This document shows positions 11,102 to 21,183 of a stretch of 64,000 nt of DNA, one piece after another (within the stretch, counting starts at the first letter, position 1; the number at the start of each line of letters is the position of its first letter). The stretch spans positions 2,400,001 through 2,464,000 of the forward strand of contig OZ244587.1 of NCBI GenBank assembly GCA_965218095.1. The letters run 5' to 3'. The position numbers and the translations under genes are program-made. The DNA comes from Candidatus Poribacteria bacterium. GTDB taxonomy: Bacteria > Poribacteria > WGA-4E > PCPOR2b. A model generated the notes under the pieces. The model made no database searches, was not told the origin of the DNA, and saw nothing but the letters and a program-made list of their open reading frames with translations.

Positions 11102-11971
11102 TTAGTACTGTCCCTTTCTGGCCTTAAGCGAAAATGTCATCGGAATGAGTTCACGCTCTGCCGGCCTCAGATTTGGGAACGCCTTCCAATACTCATCCGC
11201 GTGTTCTCCGAGATATTCTATAGTCAATCCGGCGTCAATAAGGCTCTGTACAATCGTGGACATCGGCCATAGCCGTTCGTACTTTGTGGACTCTTGTTCA
11301 ACCGGTTTATCCAGACTCCCAATGTAGGTAGGCGTCCAGCTCTTGTTCGACTCTGCATAACTGAAATAATTACTTCCTGTATAGATCAACGTCTCCTTGT
11401 CATGATCGAACAACCAGATCATCGGATGGTCATCCAAAATGTGAAATATGCCACCGCCTTTGAGCAGCCGACAAATTACACCGGACCATGCGCTTAGATC
11501 GTGCAACCAGCACAATGCACCGCGTCCAGTGTAAACCAAGTCGGCAGAACCACTCAATGCATCCGGTATTTCAAAGACATCACACCGATACCATTTTGCT
11601 GGGATTGCTGTAGCTTCCGAAAGCTGGCGGGCGTTGCTGATGTGAACGTCTGAAATATCAATGCCGATTACATTCTTCACCCCCTCGTTCCATAGAGACA
11701 GGGTATCCTGTCCAGAAGCGCACTGTAAATGAATGGCTGTTTCGCACCAACCCCGCAGATTCCCGAGATTCCGCCGCTCAATCGGGTGAAGGCTACTGCC
11801 TCCTTCGGCGATAAATGCAATTGTTTGATCTAGTTTCTCCGTGTACCTGACAGCGGCTTCATTCCACCCACGTCTGTTGCATTCGTGGCGCCGCTTTGCT
11901 TCCTCAATGTCCGAGGCCGCGCTTACTTCCCTGGTGAAGCTATCCCAGTTGGGCTTACCTTTTGGACTCAT
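11102..11971 (-). CDS. Class I SAM-dependent methyltransferase
   Basis: IHLQCASGQDTLSL, GIDISD and ADLVYTGRGALCWL motifs. The stop codon lies inside TACTAAC, an R''-like box. Confidence 0.85.
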   Translation of the reverse strand: MSPKGKPNWDSFTREVSAASDIEEAKRRHECNRRGWNEAAVRYTEKLDQTIAFIAEGGSSLHPIERRNLGNLRGWCETAIHLQCASGQDTLSLWNEGVKNVIGIDISDVHISNARQLSEATAIPAKWYRCDVFEIPDALSGSADLVYTGRGALCWLHDLSAWSGVICRLLKGGGIFHILDDHPMIWLFDHDKETLIYTGSNYFSYAESNKSWTPTYIGSLDKPVEQESTKYERLWPMSTIVQSLIDAGLTIEYLGEHADEYWKAFPNLRPAERELIPMTFSLKARKGQY

Positions 11972-12103
11972 TCTTCCCCTCATATCTACTTGTTGAACCA
12001 CTCATGGTTGTGCTGTATTGCTGCGCGGAGCGACTTCGGCTTTGTAATCCCGCGTCCGAATCCTTTGTAAACAATCATTTCGTTTAACTTTTTTACAATA
12101 GCC

Positions 12104-12349
12104 TCATCGAATGGCAAAATTGTTCAGGCTTGTCGCCACATCGGGGTGGTCGGAGCCGACATTATTCTTAGCGACTTTGTAAGCTTCTTGAGCAACAATA
12201 ACAGCACGCTCATATTTGCCTGCACGATAGAGTTTACCAACTTCTTGATTCAGAATATCCCATTCTATGCCAGCTCCCTGTGCAAATACATTTAATGCTC
12301 CGAGCTGTAAGAGCGAAAAAATCACTGTAACTAATTTTACAATTTTCAT
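12104..12349 (-). pseudogene. Truncated secreted tetratricopeptide-repeat protein
   Basis: Signal peptide, then a single kinesin-light-chain-type TPR (GSDHPDVATSLNN) and an early stop. It starts right after an attC R' box with an AAGGA RBS. Confidence 0.7.
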
Positions 12350-12365
12350 ATTTATATCCTTGTAT

Positions 12366-12514
12366 GGCTAACGAACAGAGTTCAGTTGTCCGATGAATCG
12401 GACGAGCACGGCGGGGGTTTGTCGAAACACGTCCGACAAACCAAAAACCGCCGCAACCCTAAAAGCATTGATAAAACCACACCTCCCGCCGTCACCTGCA
12501 ACGGTGGGTTAGGC
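12366..12514 (-). mobile_element. attC integron cassette recombination site
   Basis: Minus strand: R'' GCCTAAC, 5-nt spacer, L'' GTTGCAGG-TGAC, inner inverted repeat GACGGCGGG/CCCGCCGTG, L' ACTGAAC, R' GTTAGCC. Homologous to 13858-13981. Confidence 0.75.
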
Positions 12515-12605
12515 AAGTATTATACCCAATCTGATAAATCACTTACCATTATCTACATAACATTTCCCTGTATCCTGCATCTATAGACGACCCTTCGGGG
12601 GGGTC

Positions 12606-12670
12606 AGATAACTGAGCGCATAATGGGATTACTCATAGCACAACTGTTTCACAGACGAGTGTGGTTAAGT
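12606..12670 (-). mobile_element. Short attC-like site
   Basis: The DarTG stop codon sits in ACTTAAC (R''). The element ends in GTTATCT 65 bp later. Confidence 0.4.
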
Positions 12671-13843
12671 ATCTTGATGTGCGAGCAAATACGATTCTTT
12701 CAAGTGTTGGGAATCTATTTTTCGTTCGCGCGGAAGGTAGATTGCGACTTGAAGCCCTATTCCATGCAAGTACTTGCACATGAGCGGTCCCACATCAGCC
12801 CAGTCCAAATTACCCAATCCACAACCCAGAGCTGGCATCGCTAGAGATTGAATTCCCTCCTCTTTAAAGTTTCTTTTCACCCAGTCCAACCCACCTTCGA
12901 TGTCCTCCAAGCGCGAGTTTTCCCGCCACTTCCGCTTCGTTGCAAAAAGTAAAAACCACTTCACAGCATTAGGAGTCGAAAGCGATAAGCTTAGGTCTGC
13001 CAACTCTTGATCCAATGAAGTCTCGCGCTTATACAGATAAGGTTGTCTCGCTCTAATCTTCTTAACACGACATGCATCCTGATAAACGACATAGACATCA
13101 GGGAATTGATACTTCGCTCGTGATGCCAATCCCTTTCCCATTATTCCCTGAAGGTTTACGCTGATCGTCAATGTTTGCATGGTGGAGAAGAACATATCGC
13201 CGTCAACTAGGGAAATGTTGCTTCCAATCTGAGTTTTAGATCTTGGTTGAAAGAACATGTGAGGTTCTGGAACGATAGAGATTTGGCGGTTACCAACAAT
13301 CTGCTTCACCCGATCTCTTGTCGCATTGTTGGCGACGAAAAGCGAATGAATATGGTCTGGCTTGACTTGGATGGGGACTAAACATTCTGCCATGATTTTG
13401 CGCTTGGAACCGTCACCTTCATTCCACCAATCGTTCTGAATGATCGCCCACTGCTCCTGAAGCATTGTTAGTCCTTCGGATTGGGAGTAAAATCGCGTTG
13501 GATCGTTGGCTGCATTGCCGTCTGTGATAACAACATCTTGTTCTTGCAACACCTTGCTCAAGACACCAACAACGACAAGATTCTCTTTCTCTTTTTCATG
13601 GACAACGCAATACATCATTGGGTTACGAGGTTGAAAGTATAGGTTGGCGTAATCCCAGAGGCTTTTTCCGTCCGGCGTGGATTTGTCCTTGCGTCTGCTG
13701 ACGATGTCTTTGTTATAAATTGGAGTGGAGGGCACATTTAGTTCTTCGATTCTTGTGTGAGAAAGGATTCCTTCGTCAAGGATGGGTGGTAGGTTGTCTA
13801 TGTGAGTAATGTAGTAAAGTTCCACTAGGTCGAACGTTCTCAT
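12665..13843 (-). CDS. darTG: DarT ssDNA thymidine ADP-ribosyltransferase (DUF4433) fused to a DarG-type macrodomain
   Basis: N-terminal YYITHIDNL..IL..GILSH, DYANLYFQPRNPMMY, TDGNAA and catalytic MAECLV. C-terminal GDMF, VNLQGIMGKGLA, SLAMPALGCGLGNLDW macrodomain motifs. Confidence 0.9.
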   Translation of the reverse strand: MRTFDLVELYYITHIDNLPPILDEGILSHTRIEELNVPSTPIYNKDIVSRRKDKSTPDGKSLWDYANLYFQPRNPMMYCVVHEKEKENLVVVGVLSKVLQEQDVVITDGNAANDPTRFYSQSEGLTMLQEQWAIIQNDWWNEGDGSKRKIMAECLVPIQVKPDHIHSLFVANNATRDRVKQIVGNRQISIVPEPHMFFQPRSKTQIGSNISLVDGDMFFSTMQTLTISVNLQGIMGKGLASRAKYQFPDVYVVYQDACRVKKIRARQPYLYKRETSLDQELADLSLSLSTPNAVKWFLLFATKRKWRENSRLEDIEGGLDWVKRNFKEEGIQSLAMPALGCGLGNLDWADVGPLMCKYLHGIGLQVAIYLPRERKIDSQHLKESYLLAHQDT

Positions 13844-13857
13844 GGCTGCTCTCCTTC

Positions 13858-13981
13858 CGATAACAACGTTTAACTCGCAACAGGGGGTTGCCTTCTATGC
13901 CAGACAAACTAACCCGCCACAACTCCAAAAACATTGATAAAATCACAGCTCCCTACCGTCGACTGCAACGACCGGTTAGGC
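13858..13981 (-). mobile_element. attC integron cassette recombination site
   Basis: Minus strand GCCTAAC-CGGTC-GTTGCAGT-CGAC ... GTTATCG, followed directly by the GAAGGAG RBS and ATG of darTG. Confidence 0.7.
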
Positions 13982-14050
13982 ATGTTCTTTTGTTTGATAT
14001 TTTTCTTCTATTTCACGAATGAAAAGATCTACGGAATAAGTCGTTACAGG

Positions 14051-14214
14051 CTTTTAAATAAAACGCAAGGACACCAGGACGCTAAGACGCAAAGAAAAGC
14101 ATAAAGAATCCCTCCAACCTCCCCTTCGTAAGGGGAGGCTTGCGACTCTGCGTCTTGGCGACTTTGCGTTAAATTAAGAAAAAAGCCCCTATCTACTCAT
14201 TGCGTTTTAAAATC
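14051..14214. repeat. Nested palindromic repeat (AACGCAA...TTGCGTT arms with an internal CCTCCCCTTCGTAAGGGGAGG hairpin)
   Basis: Inverted arms are visible directly. The region is intergenic and marks the end of the cassette array. Confidence 0.6.
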
Positions 14215-14393
14215 CACAAAAGCAATTCCCTCAAATTATACTCGATTTCTGCTGAGAAAAAAAACGCAATTTTATCCGACACCGGGTATAATTACTCACC
14301 AACTTGGTATAGTATACCCCATTCAGTAACAAAAGCCAACCTGATTTTAACAATTGTGAAATAAAACTAAACCGATGAATACTTTCCTCCTGA

Positions 14394-15602
14394 TTACGCC
14401 TCCGTCACTTTTTCAACAATTGCGCCGGTTTCTTTGTCCCTCATAATGTGCTTCAGCCGACCATCGGGCATCCGCTCCTCTTTAATCAGGGCATATTGCT
14501 GATCAACCTCAGTCGCAGAGACGCTCACATCCCCTGCCTCAGTTTCTCCACGCCACACTTCCAACTCCACCGGCTCCCACCGTTTCGATTTCGCGGATCG
14601 GTAACAAACGTCAATGATGGCGTTGACAACATAACCATCGTAGAAGGTTTCCATCGGCTCTGCGCCGTTGTCCAAAGCGTTGAGCATTTCAATGAACATA
14701 TCGCGATAGCCAAGTTCCCCAACTTCATCGCCGACGGGGAAAAGCCAGCCTGTATCGCCTTCCGCCTTTTCGGCGACGTAGCCCTCCTGTCCGACCGCCG
14801 TGAACATCTCCAGCCCTGTCCGCAGCCAGTGATTGAGCCAGATTGTGCCTTCCGTGCCGGAGACTTCGTCGCGTAGATCCATGCCGCCGCGGAACGCCCA
14901 ACCGACCTCAAACTGCCCCATTGCGCCGCTCTCAAATTTTATCAGGGCGACGCCGTGGTCTTCCGCCTCGACGGGATGAACGAGGGTATCCGCCCAACAC
15001 ATCACCTCAAGGGGCTTGTTATCCTTCCCGACAAAGTTGCGAATAATCTCAATGCAGTGGCAGCCCATGTCAACGATGGCGCCGCCGCCTGCCTGTTCAA
15101 TGTCCCAGAACCAGTCGCTGTGGGGTCCCGGATGGGTTTCACGGGAGCGCACCCACAGGACTCTGCCGACGGCGCCGTTCTTGACCGACTCAAGGGCTTT
15201 GAGCGTCTTCGGCGGATAAACCAGATCTTCGAGATAGCCATGAAAGACGCCGGCGTTTTCAACCGCATTGAGCATGGCTTTGGCTTCAGTCGCGTTGCGC
15301 CCCAAAGGTTTCGTGCACAGAATAGCCTTCCCCGCTTCAGCCGCCATCACAACCGCTTCCTCGTGTAGATTGTTGGGCAGGCCGATGATAACCACATCGG
15401 TCTCCGGGTTGCTAATCGCCTCCGCGAGATTAGTCGTCCATTTGGGAATGCCCCATTCTTCGGCGAAATGCTTCACTCGCTCCTCGGTGCGCGAGTACAC
15501 AACGTGAACTCGGTCGCGGCTTCGCTGACCGTGAAGCGTCATCGTATAGAACATGCCGATGAGTCCTGTCCCCAACATTGTTACCTTGTGTGTTTTGTCC
15601 AT
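14394..15602 (-). CDS. Gfo/Idh/MocA family oxidoreductase
   Basis: GTGLIG Rossmann motif, [17 protein letters not shown]. Confidence 0.9.
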   Translation of the reverse strand: MDKTHKVTMLGTGLIGMFYTMTLHGQRSRDRVHVVYSRTEERVKHFAEEWGIPKWTTNLAEAISNPETDVVIIGLPNNLHEEAVVMAAEAGKAILCTKPLGRNATEAKAMLNAVENAGVFHGYLEDLVYPPKTLKALESVKNGAVGRVLWVRSRETHPGPHSDWFWDIEQAGGGAIVDMGCHCIEIIRNFVGKDNKPLEVMCWADTLVHPVEAEDHGVALIKFESGAMGQFEVGWAFRGGMDLRDEVSGTEGTIWLNHWLRTGLEMFTAVGQEGYVAEKAEGDTGWLFPVGDEVGELGYRDMFIEMLNALDNGAEPMETFYDGYVVNAIIDVCYRSAKSKRWEPVELEVWRGETEAGDVSVSATEVDQQYALIKEERMPDGRLKHIMRDKETGAIVEKVTEA

Positions 15603-15926
15603 TATCGTCCTCCTCCTCTGATACCAATTCTTGGTTGATATTCCGAAATCTGAATCAATTGGATATAGTCAGTAATCCTCAAACCTGCTCAATCAGAATT
15701 GGCAAATCCCGATTTCTCCGATGGATTTGCCAATTGCTTGCATCCCGATCAAAGATCGGGGCCATCGGGAGCATTTACGGAGCACTGATACCGATAGTAT
15801 AAAAGAGGGCGCCCTTTGATTCAACTAAAAAATCGGCGAGGAGATAGCTTCCACTGCCAATTTTCCGCGTGACATCGGTATTGATTTTTGCTAAAATAGG
15901 CGAAATTCTTACATGGGAGGGGTAAC

Positions 15927-17454
15927 ATGGAACAAAGCAGCACAGATGTGAGTCAGCAGCAAGCAGAAAAAGTCGATGGCGGCTGTCTGCCAGATAGATT
16001 GGGAGGCCGCGGATTTACCTACGCCCCCACCTTACCGCTTCAGTCGCGCTTTTCGGAGCATTCTGGGGCCGGGGATTATCGCGTTAGGCGGATCGATCGG
16101 CAGCGGTGAATGGCTGCTGGGTCCGGCGATCACGGCGCAGTACGGCGGGCGTCTCCTTTGGATCGCGACAATCGCTATCCTGCTCCAATCTTTCATCAAC
16201 ACAGAAGCGATCCGCTACACCCTCTACACAGGCGAACCGGTGTTCAGCGGTTATATGCGATGCAAACCGGGATCACGGTTCTGGGCATTTTTCTATCTGA
16301 TTGTGGATTTTTTCGGGATGTGGCCGGGGTGGGCGGCAACTGCCGCGACAGCCATCGCTGCTGCATGGCTCGGGTATATGCCACAGGAGGCCGATCAGAA
16401 CACAGTTCGGGTTTTCGCGTATTTGACATTTTTTGCCTGTCTGGGGATTGTCCTGTTTGGCAGAAAAATTTACAATGCCCTTGAAAAGGTTCAACTTTTC
16501 ATAGTGATCTGGATCATTGGCTATCTTGTTTTGATCGATCTGTTTATGGTGCCGCCCAAAGTTTGGTGGACGGTCATCAAGGGCTTCCTTAGCTTTGGCG
16601 CTCTGCCGTCGCAAGGAGAAGGTGGCGGGGGGATCGATTGGCTGTTGCTTGGAGCTTTCGCGGCTTACGCCGGTAGTGGCGGATTAGGGAACGTCACTAT
16701 CAGTAACTACGTCCGTGACAAAGGGTGGGGTATGAGCAGCTTGGTTGGAGCGATTCCCTCCATAATCGGGGGGCAGCAGGTAACTTTATCGCACCTTGGC
16801 AAAGTGTTTCGGATCACGCCTGAAAACCTGGAACGCTTCCGTGAATGGTGGAAATACAATCGTTTCGAGCAATATTGTATCTGGGTTATCGGTTGCTTCA
16901 TCGGTATGGCTCTGCCTGCGATGTTGACGATTGCCTTCGTCCCAGCAGGACAGTCGATGAGTAATTGGTCAGCAGCGGCATTTCAAGCCGAGGGGCTTGC
17001 TGAAAAAGGCTGTCAAATCTTGTGGTATCTCACGCTGTTGTGTGGGTTTTGGGTTCTTTTTTCAACCTAGTTGGGCGGTGTGGACGCCGTACCTCGTCGC
17101 TACACGGACATCATCTGGACGGGGTTTTCAAGAGCGCGAAAACTGGAGGAGCATAACGCCAAATGGATCTACTATCCCATTGTCGTCGCTTACATCTTGT
17201 GGGGGGTGATTGCGCTGTATCTTGTGCAGCCATTTTTCATGATCCTGGTCTTGGCGACAATTGGCGGCTACCTGCTGGTGATTACCGCCCTGCATACCCT
17301 TTACGTCAACCGAAAATTTCTACCGAAAGAGATTCAACCACCCCTCTGGCGTCAGATTGGACTTGTCTTGTGCACGGGATTCTACACCATCTTTGGCACG
17401 TTGACCGTGATTCAGAAGGTGATTCCTAAGCTGATTTCTCTTATGTCGGGATAA
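15927..17454 (+). pseudogene. Nramp/YcsG-like membrane transporter pseudogene
   Basis: ILGPGIIALGGSIGSGEWLLGP motif and many TM helices. A 4-bp duplication AGAT (15992-15999) frameshifts the N-terminus. An in-frame TAG at 17068-17070 interrupts FST*LGG. Confidence 0.8.
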
Positions 17455-17608
17455 CCAGAACCTCCGCCGATTGAAGGCGATTGTACAATTACCTCCTGTC
17501 TGGATGCAAAGGGGCCTGGCCCCCAAGTCCAACTACCTCAAGTGACAGCGTCGAACGACCAAGACCAGGCACCTCAGTTGCACTACAAGCAATCAGCCCG
17601 CGTCAACA

Positions 17609-19033
17609 TCATGATGGGGAGACGTACACGGCGTACACGCGGATGTCCTCTGGCCTCAAACCCACATAGTTCACCCTGACGCGGATCGGCCCATCGATCC
17701 TAGCGAGGTTCTCTGCGTCGCGCCATGCAACCGCCTGCTTGAACCCCGATTCTGCGACGGGGACACAGGCTTCCCCTGAATAGCCCGGTATCACCCGGAA
17801 CTGCTCGTCGCAGATCTCGACCTTCAAGAAGCTGTTCTCCGAAAGCCCGTCAGCATTGACGAACACCCGACAACCTGCTTCCTCAAGATCTATCGGGCAT
17901 GAGATAAAATGCGGCGCCTCCAACATCTTCACCGACGGTCTCCTTGGCCAATACACCTCGTAGTATCCCAACCGGTCACGGGGCCACGTGGCCAAACGAA
18001 CTTGACCCTGCCCCCACAGCTCGTACCAGAACAGGGTCTGCTCACCGACGTTCTCGAAACCCTGCCCCTGCGCCAACGTGCAGTTACCCCTGGTCGTATC
18101 ATAGTACCCACCGCTGGTACTCTCAGGCTCCTCGTAGGCGGGGACGATCTTGAAATCGGGAATGGGCTCCCTGAAGTGGGTCGCGTCATCGCTGACAACA
18201 AGCCCCAGGTCCATCGTCACAAAACGGCGGTCATCGGTCTCGTGTCCATGCCACATCCCGTAGAAACCGATGATCACGTTGCCCCGGTCCCAAAGGCTAG
18301 CACCCAGGTGAACCTGCTCACCGACATTCCATCCGGTCCTGTCTTCCTCGCCGCCCCTGTACCGTGACGGTACCGCGCCCCTTTGGAAGCCGAGGGCCGT
18401 GGCCTCAGTCCAGTTCTCGAAATCGTAGGACATGTGTGTCACCATCTGTCTGAGGTCCCCCGGCCTTGGCCAGGAGCACTGACCGTTGACGTAGTAGCAC
18501 CCATTGAATTTGATGAGCCCACTCTGCTCAAAGAGGTGCTTAGTGACCGGGTTGTGGGGCGACTCTTTCCAGTGTAGCCCGTCTGGACTGAAGGCAACAG
18601 CGAGACGGTTCCCATACTTGCGGGACTCGAAGGCCATCTTGAAGTGTCGATCCGGGTCGGGATCCTCCGGGTCGTAGATGAGGGGAACCGCGATGACGGA
18701 GTAATCACCGATAGGCAAGTCTACCAAGTTGTTCTCAGTGCTTCCACCGTATTCCACAAGACCCAGTGCGGGTTTCTCCCAATGGATACCATCCTGGCTC
18801 ACGGCGTAACACACGCGAGTTACCTCGTCCTGGTCGCCAAGACCGAAGTACCACATCCTGAGCTCCCCATCAATGCGGATCACTGTCCCGTAGTATCGTA
18901 CTTTCCTACAGTCGGGGTCGCCGGGCTTCCCCGGCGGCAGGACGATTCCCTGACGCTCACCCTGTATCAGTCCCAACTGTAAACCATAGGTCAGTGGAAT
19001 GCTGTAATCGTCAAACGGAAACAGAGCTACCAT
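17609..19033 (-). CDS. Five-bladed beta-propeller glycoside-hydrolase-like protein (GH32/43-like fold)
   Basis: YAVSQDGIHWEKP, AFSPDGLHW and VSDDATHF repeats. GGAGG RBS. Higher GC than the flanks. Confidence 0.65.
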   Translation of the reverse strand: MVALFPFDDYSIPLTYGLQLGLIQGERQGIVLPPGKPGDPDCRKVRYYGTVIRIDGELRMWYFGLGDQDEVTRVCYAVSQDGIHWEKPALGLVEYGGSTENNLVDLPIGDYSVIAVPLIYDPEDPDPDRHFKMAFESRKYGNRLAVAFSPDGLHWKESPHNPVTKHLFEQSGLIKFNGCYYVNGQCSWPRPGDLRQMVTHMSYDFENWTEATALGFQRGAVPSRYRGGEEDRTGWNVGEQVHLGASLWDRGNVIIGFYGMWHGHETDDRRFVTMDLGLVVSDDATHFREPIPDFKIVPAYEEPESTSGGYYDTTRGNCTLAQGQGFENVGEQTLFWYELWGQGQVRLATWPRDRLGYYEVYWPRRPSVKMLEAPHFISCPIDLEEAGCRVFVNADGLSENSFLKVEICDEQFRVIPGYSGEACVPVAESGFKQAVAWRDAENLARIDGPIRVRVNYVGLRPEDIRVYAVYVSPS

Positions 19034-19437
19034 TTTTCTATCCCTCCTTTGCGTGATCTATACACGGCTCTCCCACAGCCTTGTCGAGCATTGCACCACG
19101 CAAATACCAGACAAGAAGTTGAGTTATCACAGCGTTTGCTGACTTTCTTTACTCTTTTACGATAGCCAAACCTCGACCGAAATTAGAGCGGATTTTCATG
19201 TGCAAATCTCTTCGGGTGCAAAATTTCATCAATGTGCCTGCGACCTATACTGCAAACGGTCACAAATGACGCATCTGACATTTATGCCCTATCGCAGTAT
19301 GTTATACAGTTTCGGCAATTCAGACTTGAACTCAAGTTGAAATTGAAGAAAGTCCGCCTTCATCAAGGGAGTAACATTATAGCACGATTGCCAAAAAAGG
19401 TAAATAGAAAAAAGTGTACGGTACAGAGATACAGGAT

Positions 19438-20199
19438 TCACGTGCATTTTGCATCCTGCATCTTGTTTTGATCCGCATGATTTTCGATTATCGTGTTGAG
19501 GGTGATTAGATGGGCTTCGACACGATGCGCCATCGGTAGTTCGGTCGGGGTTTCGGCAGTAATGAAATGATCTGTATGTTGCTGAAACAGGACAACAGAA
19601 AGTCTACCCTCTCCCGGTGCTGTCTCCAGGTCGGGGACGGGCTGGAGGACCCCCTCCACCGCTGGTGCCCCCTCGATACAGGGATTCGTATTCACAGGGC
19701 AGGCAGTGGAAACACGGCGGATAAGTTCTCGACCGATGCATGGCGCCCCACGTCGTCTTTCGTACATGTAGTAACCGGGACTTTCCCAGTCCTCGTGCAG
19801 GTCTATAGCTCCCTCAAACCAGCGATTGTTGATGAGATGACGGAAGCACTCGACCTCCAGAACATCGTTCTTACCGAACGCTCGGTTAATGTCAATATCC
19901 TGCCGGTTGTGCCGGGTGTCGTGAACATAGCCATAGGGATTGAGACACGGGATAACTTCAAAGCGGAAGGCCTTCAACAACGAACTGTGGTCTTGATTCA
20001 GGAAAACCAACGCCGCTGCCACCCCTGTGGGCTCGTCTCCGTGTGTGCCTGCGTTGATGAGTATTGTCGGGAGCCCATCGTTGGAAGAAAGGGTCAGGCA
20101 GAAAATCGGATATCCCTCGACCTGACCGAGGATGCGGCGATGGATATAGGGTTGGTTCAGCGCGTCGATCCGACGCACGATGTCGTCGTAATTTCGCAT
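19438..20199 (-). CDS. M14 family metallopeptidase / succinylglutamate desuccinylase-like
   Basis: AGTHGDE, PCLNPYG, DINR, DLHED and ETP motifs. Confidence 0.85.
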   Translation of the reverse strand: MRNYDDIVRRIDALNQPYIHRRILGQVEGYPIFCLTLSSNDGLPTILINAGTHGDEPTGVAAALVFLNQDHSSLLKAFRFEVIPCLNPYGYVHDTRHNRQDIDINRAFGKNDVLEVECFRHLINNRWFEGAIDLHEDWESPGYYMYERRRGAPCIGRELIRRVSTACPVNTNPCIEGAPAVEGVLQPVPDLETAPGEGRLSVVLFQQHTDHFITAETPTELPMAHRVEAHLITLNTIIENHADQNKMQDAKCT

Positions 20200-20229
20200 A
20201 AGCTTGGCATTGAGAAATTAGGCATTAGG

Positions 20230-20466
20230 TTGACTTTGTTACATTTGCCCCCGGCCCCCAATTCCCCGATGGATCGGGGCAGGTCCCGATGTTTCGCATC
20301 GTGGATTCTCGGTGCGGAGCACCGGAACTTCAGGAGTTTTTGCGATTCTCCCAAAGTTGGAGGGATTGAGGAGGCCGGGAGCCGGGGGGCAAGTCGAAGA
20401 CTCCCGGTCGGAGACCGGAGCCACCAGTGGATCTGCCGATGACCTCTTTTAATCTAACAAAGTCAA
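20230..20466. mobile_element. MITE-like element with internal GC-rich hairpins
   Basis: TIRs TTGACTTTGTTACATT / AATCTAACAAAGTCAA (15 of 16 match), no coding capacity. Confidence 0.6.
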
Positions 20467-20505
20467 GTTAGGTGTTCGTTGTCCTAATGCCCAATGCCTA
20501 ACTCT

Positions 20506-21174
20506 TCACGGCGAAAGTCGCTCAATCCGCCAATCTACGTCTGGCTGACGGGTGCAGCGGAGGCAATCATGCAGACGGCTGGGGCGACCTTGCCAGAACT
20601 CAAACATATCGGGCGACAGGCGATAACCACCCCAATATGGTGGCAGCGGAATCTCTTTGGCCTGATATGCTTCCGTCAACTGTTTGAATCTGTCTTCCAG
20701 CACTTTTCGATCAGGAATGACTTCGCCCTGCCTTGACGCCCAGGCCGCCAAACGGCTCGTAATCGGACGGCTTTGAAAGTAACGCTCGGATTCGTCGTGA
20801 GAAATTGTGCTGACCTGTCCGGCGATGCGAATCTGCCGATCGAGTTCACGCCAATAAAAAACGAGCGCTGCATTTGGATTTTCAGCAAGCTCTCGTCCTT
20901 TCTGGCTATCATAATCTGTGTAAAAAACGAAGCCGCGTTCATCAAATCCCCGAAGCACAACCATCCGCGCTGAAGGCATCCCGTTTTTTGTCGCTGTTGC
21001 CAGTGTCATCGCATCCGGCAGATCGAGTTTCGCATCGATCGCCTGTTGAAACCACTTCTCAAACTGCTTGAGAGGATTGGCATCCAGGTCACCCTCATCC
21101 AAGCCAGCATAGGTGTATTCTCTGCGAAGTTCATCCATATTCCGTGCCCTATCTGTATCGATAGCATAATGCAT
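20506..21174 (-). CDS. pdxH: Pyridoxamine 5'-phosphate oxidase
   Basis: LRREY, AMTLAT, PSARMVVL, RQIRI, YFQSRP, FEFWQGRPSRLHD and ERLSP motifs. Confidence 0.95.
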   Translation of the reverse strand: MHYAIDTDRARNMDELRREYTYAGLDEGDLDANPLKQFEKWFQQAIDAKLDLPDAMTLATATKNGMPSARMVVLRGFDERGFVFYTDYDSQKGRELAENPNAALVFYWRELDRQIRIAGQVSTISHDESERYFQSRPITSRLAAWASRQGEVIPDRKVLEDRFKQLTEAYQAKEIPLPPYWGGYRLSPDMFEFWQGRPSRLHDCLRCTRQPDVDWRIERLSP

Positions 21175-21183
21175 AACAAGATT

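Noticed and set aside
19567-20442. Long + strand ORFs here and at 30878-31564, 53434-54090 and 60405-61181
   Set aside because: They are antisense shadows of well-supported minus-strand genes and have no motifs of their own.
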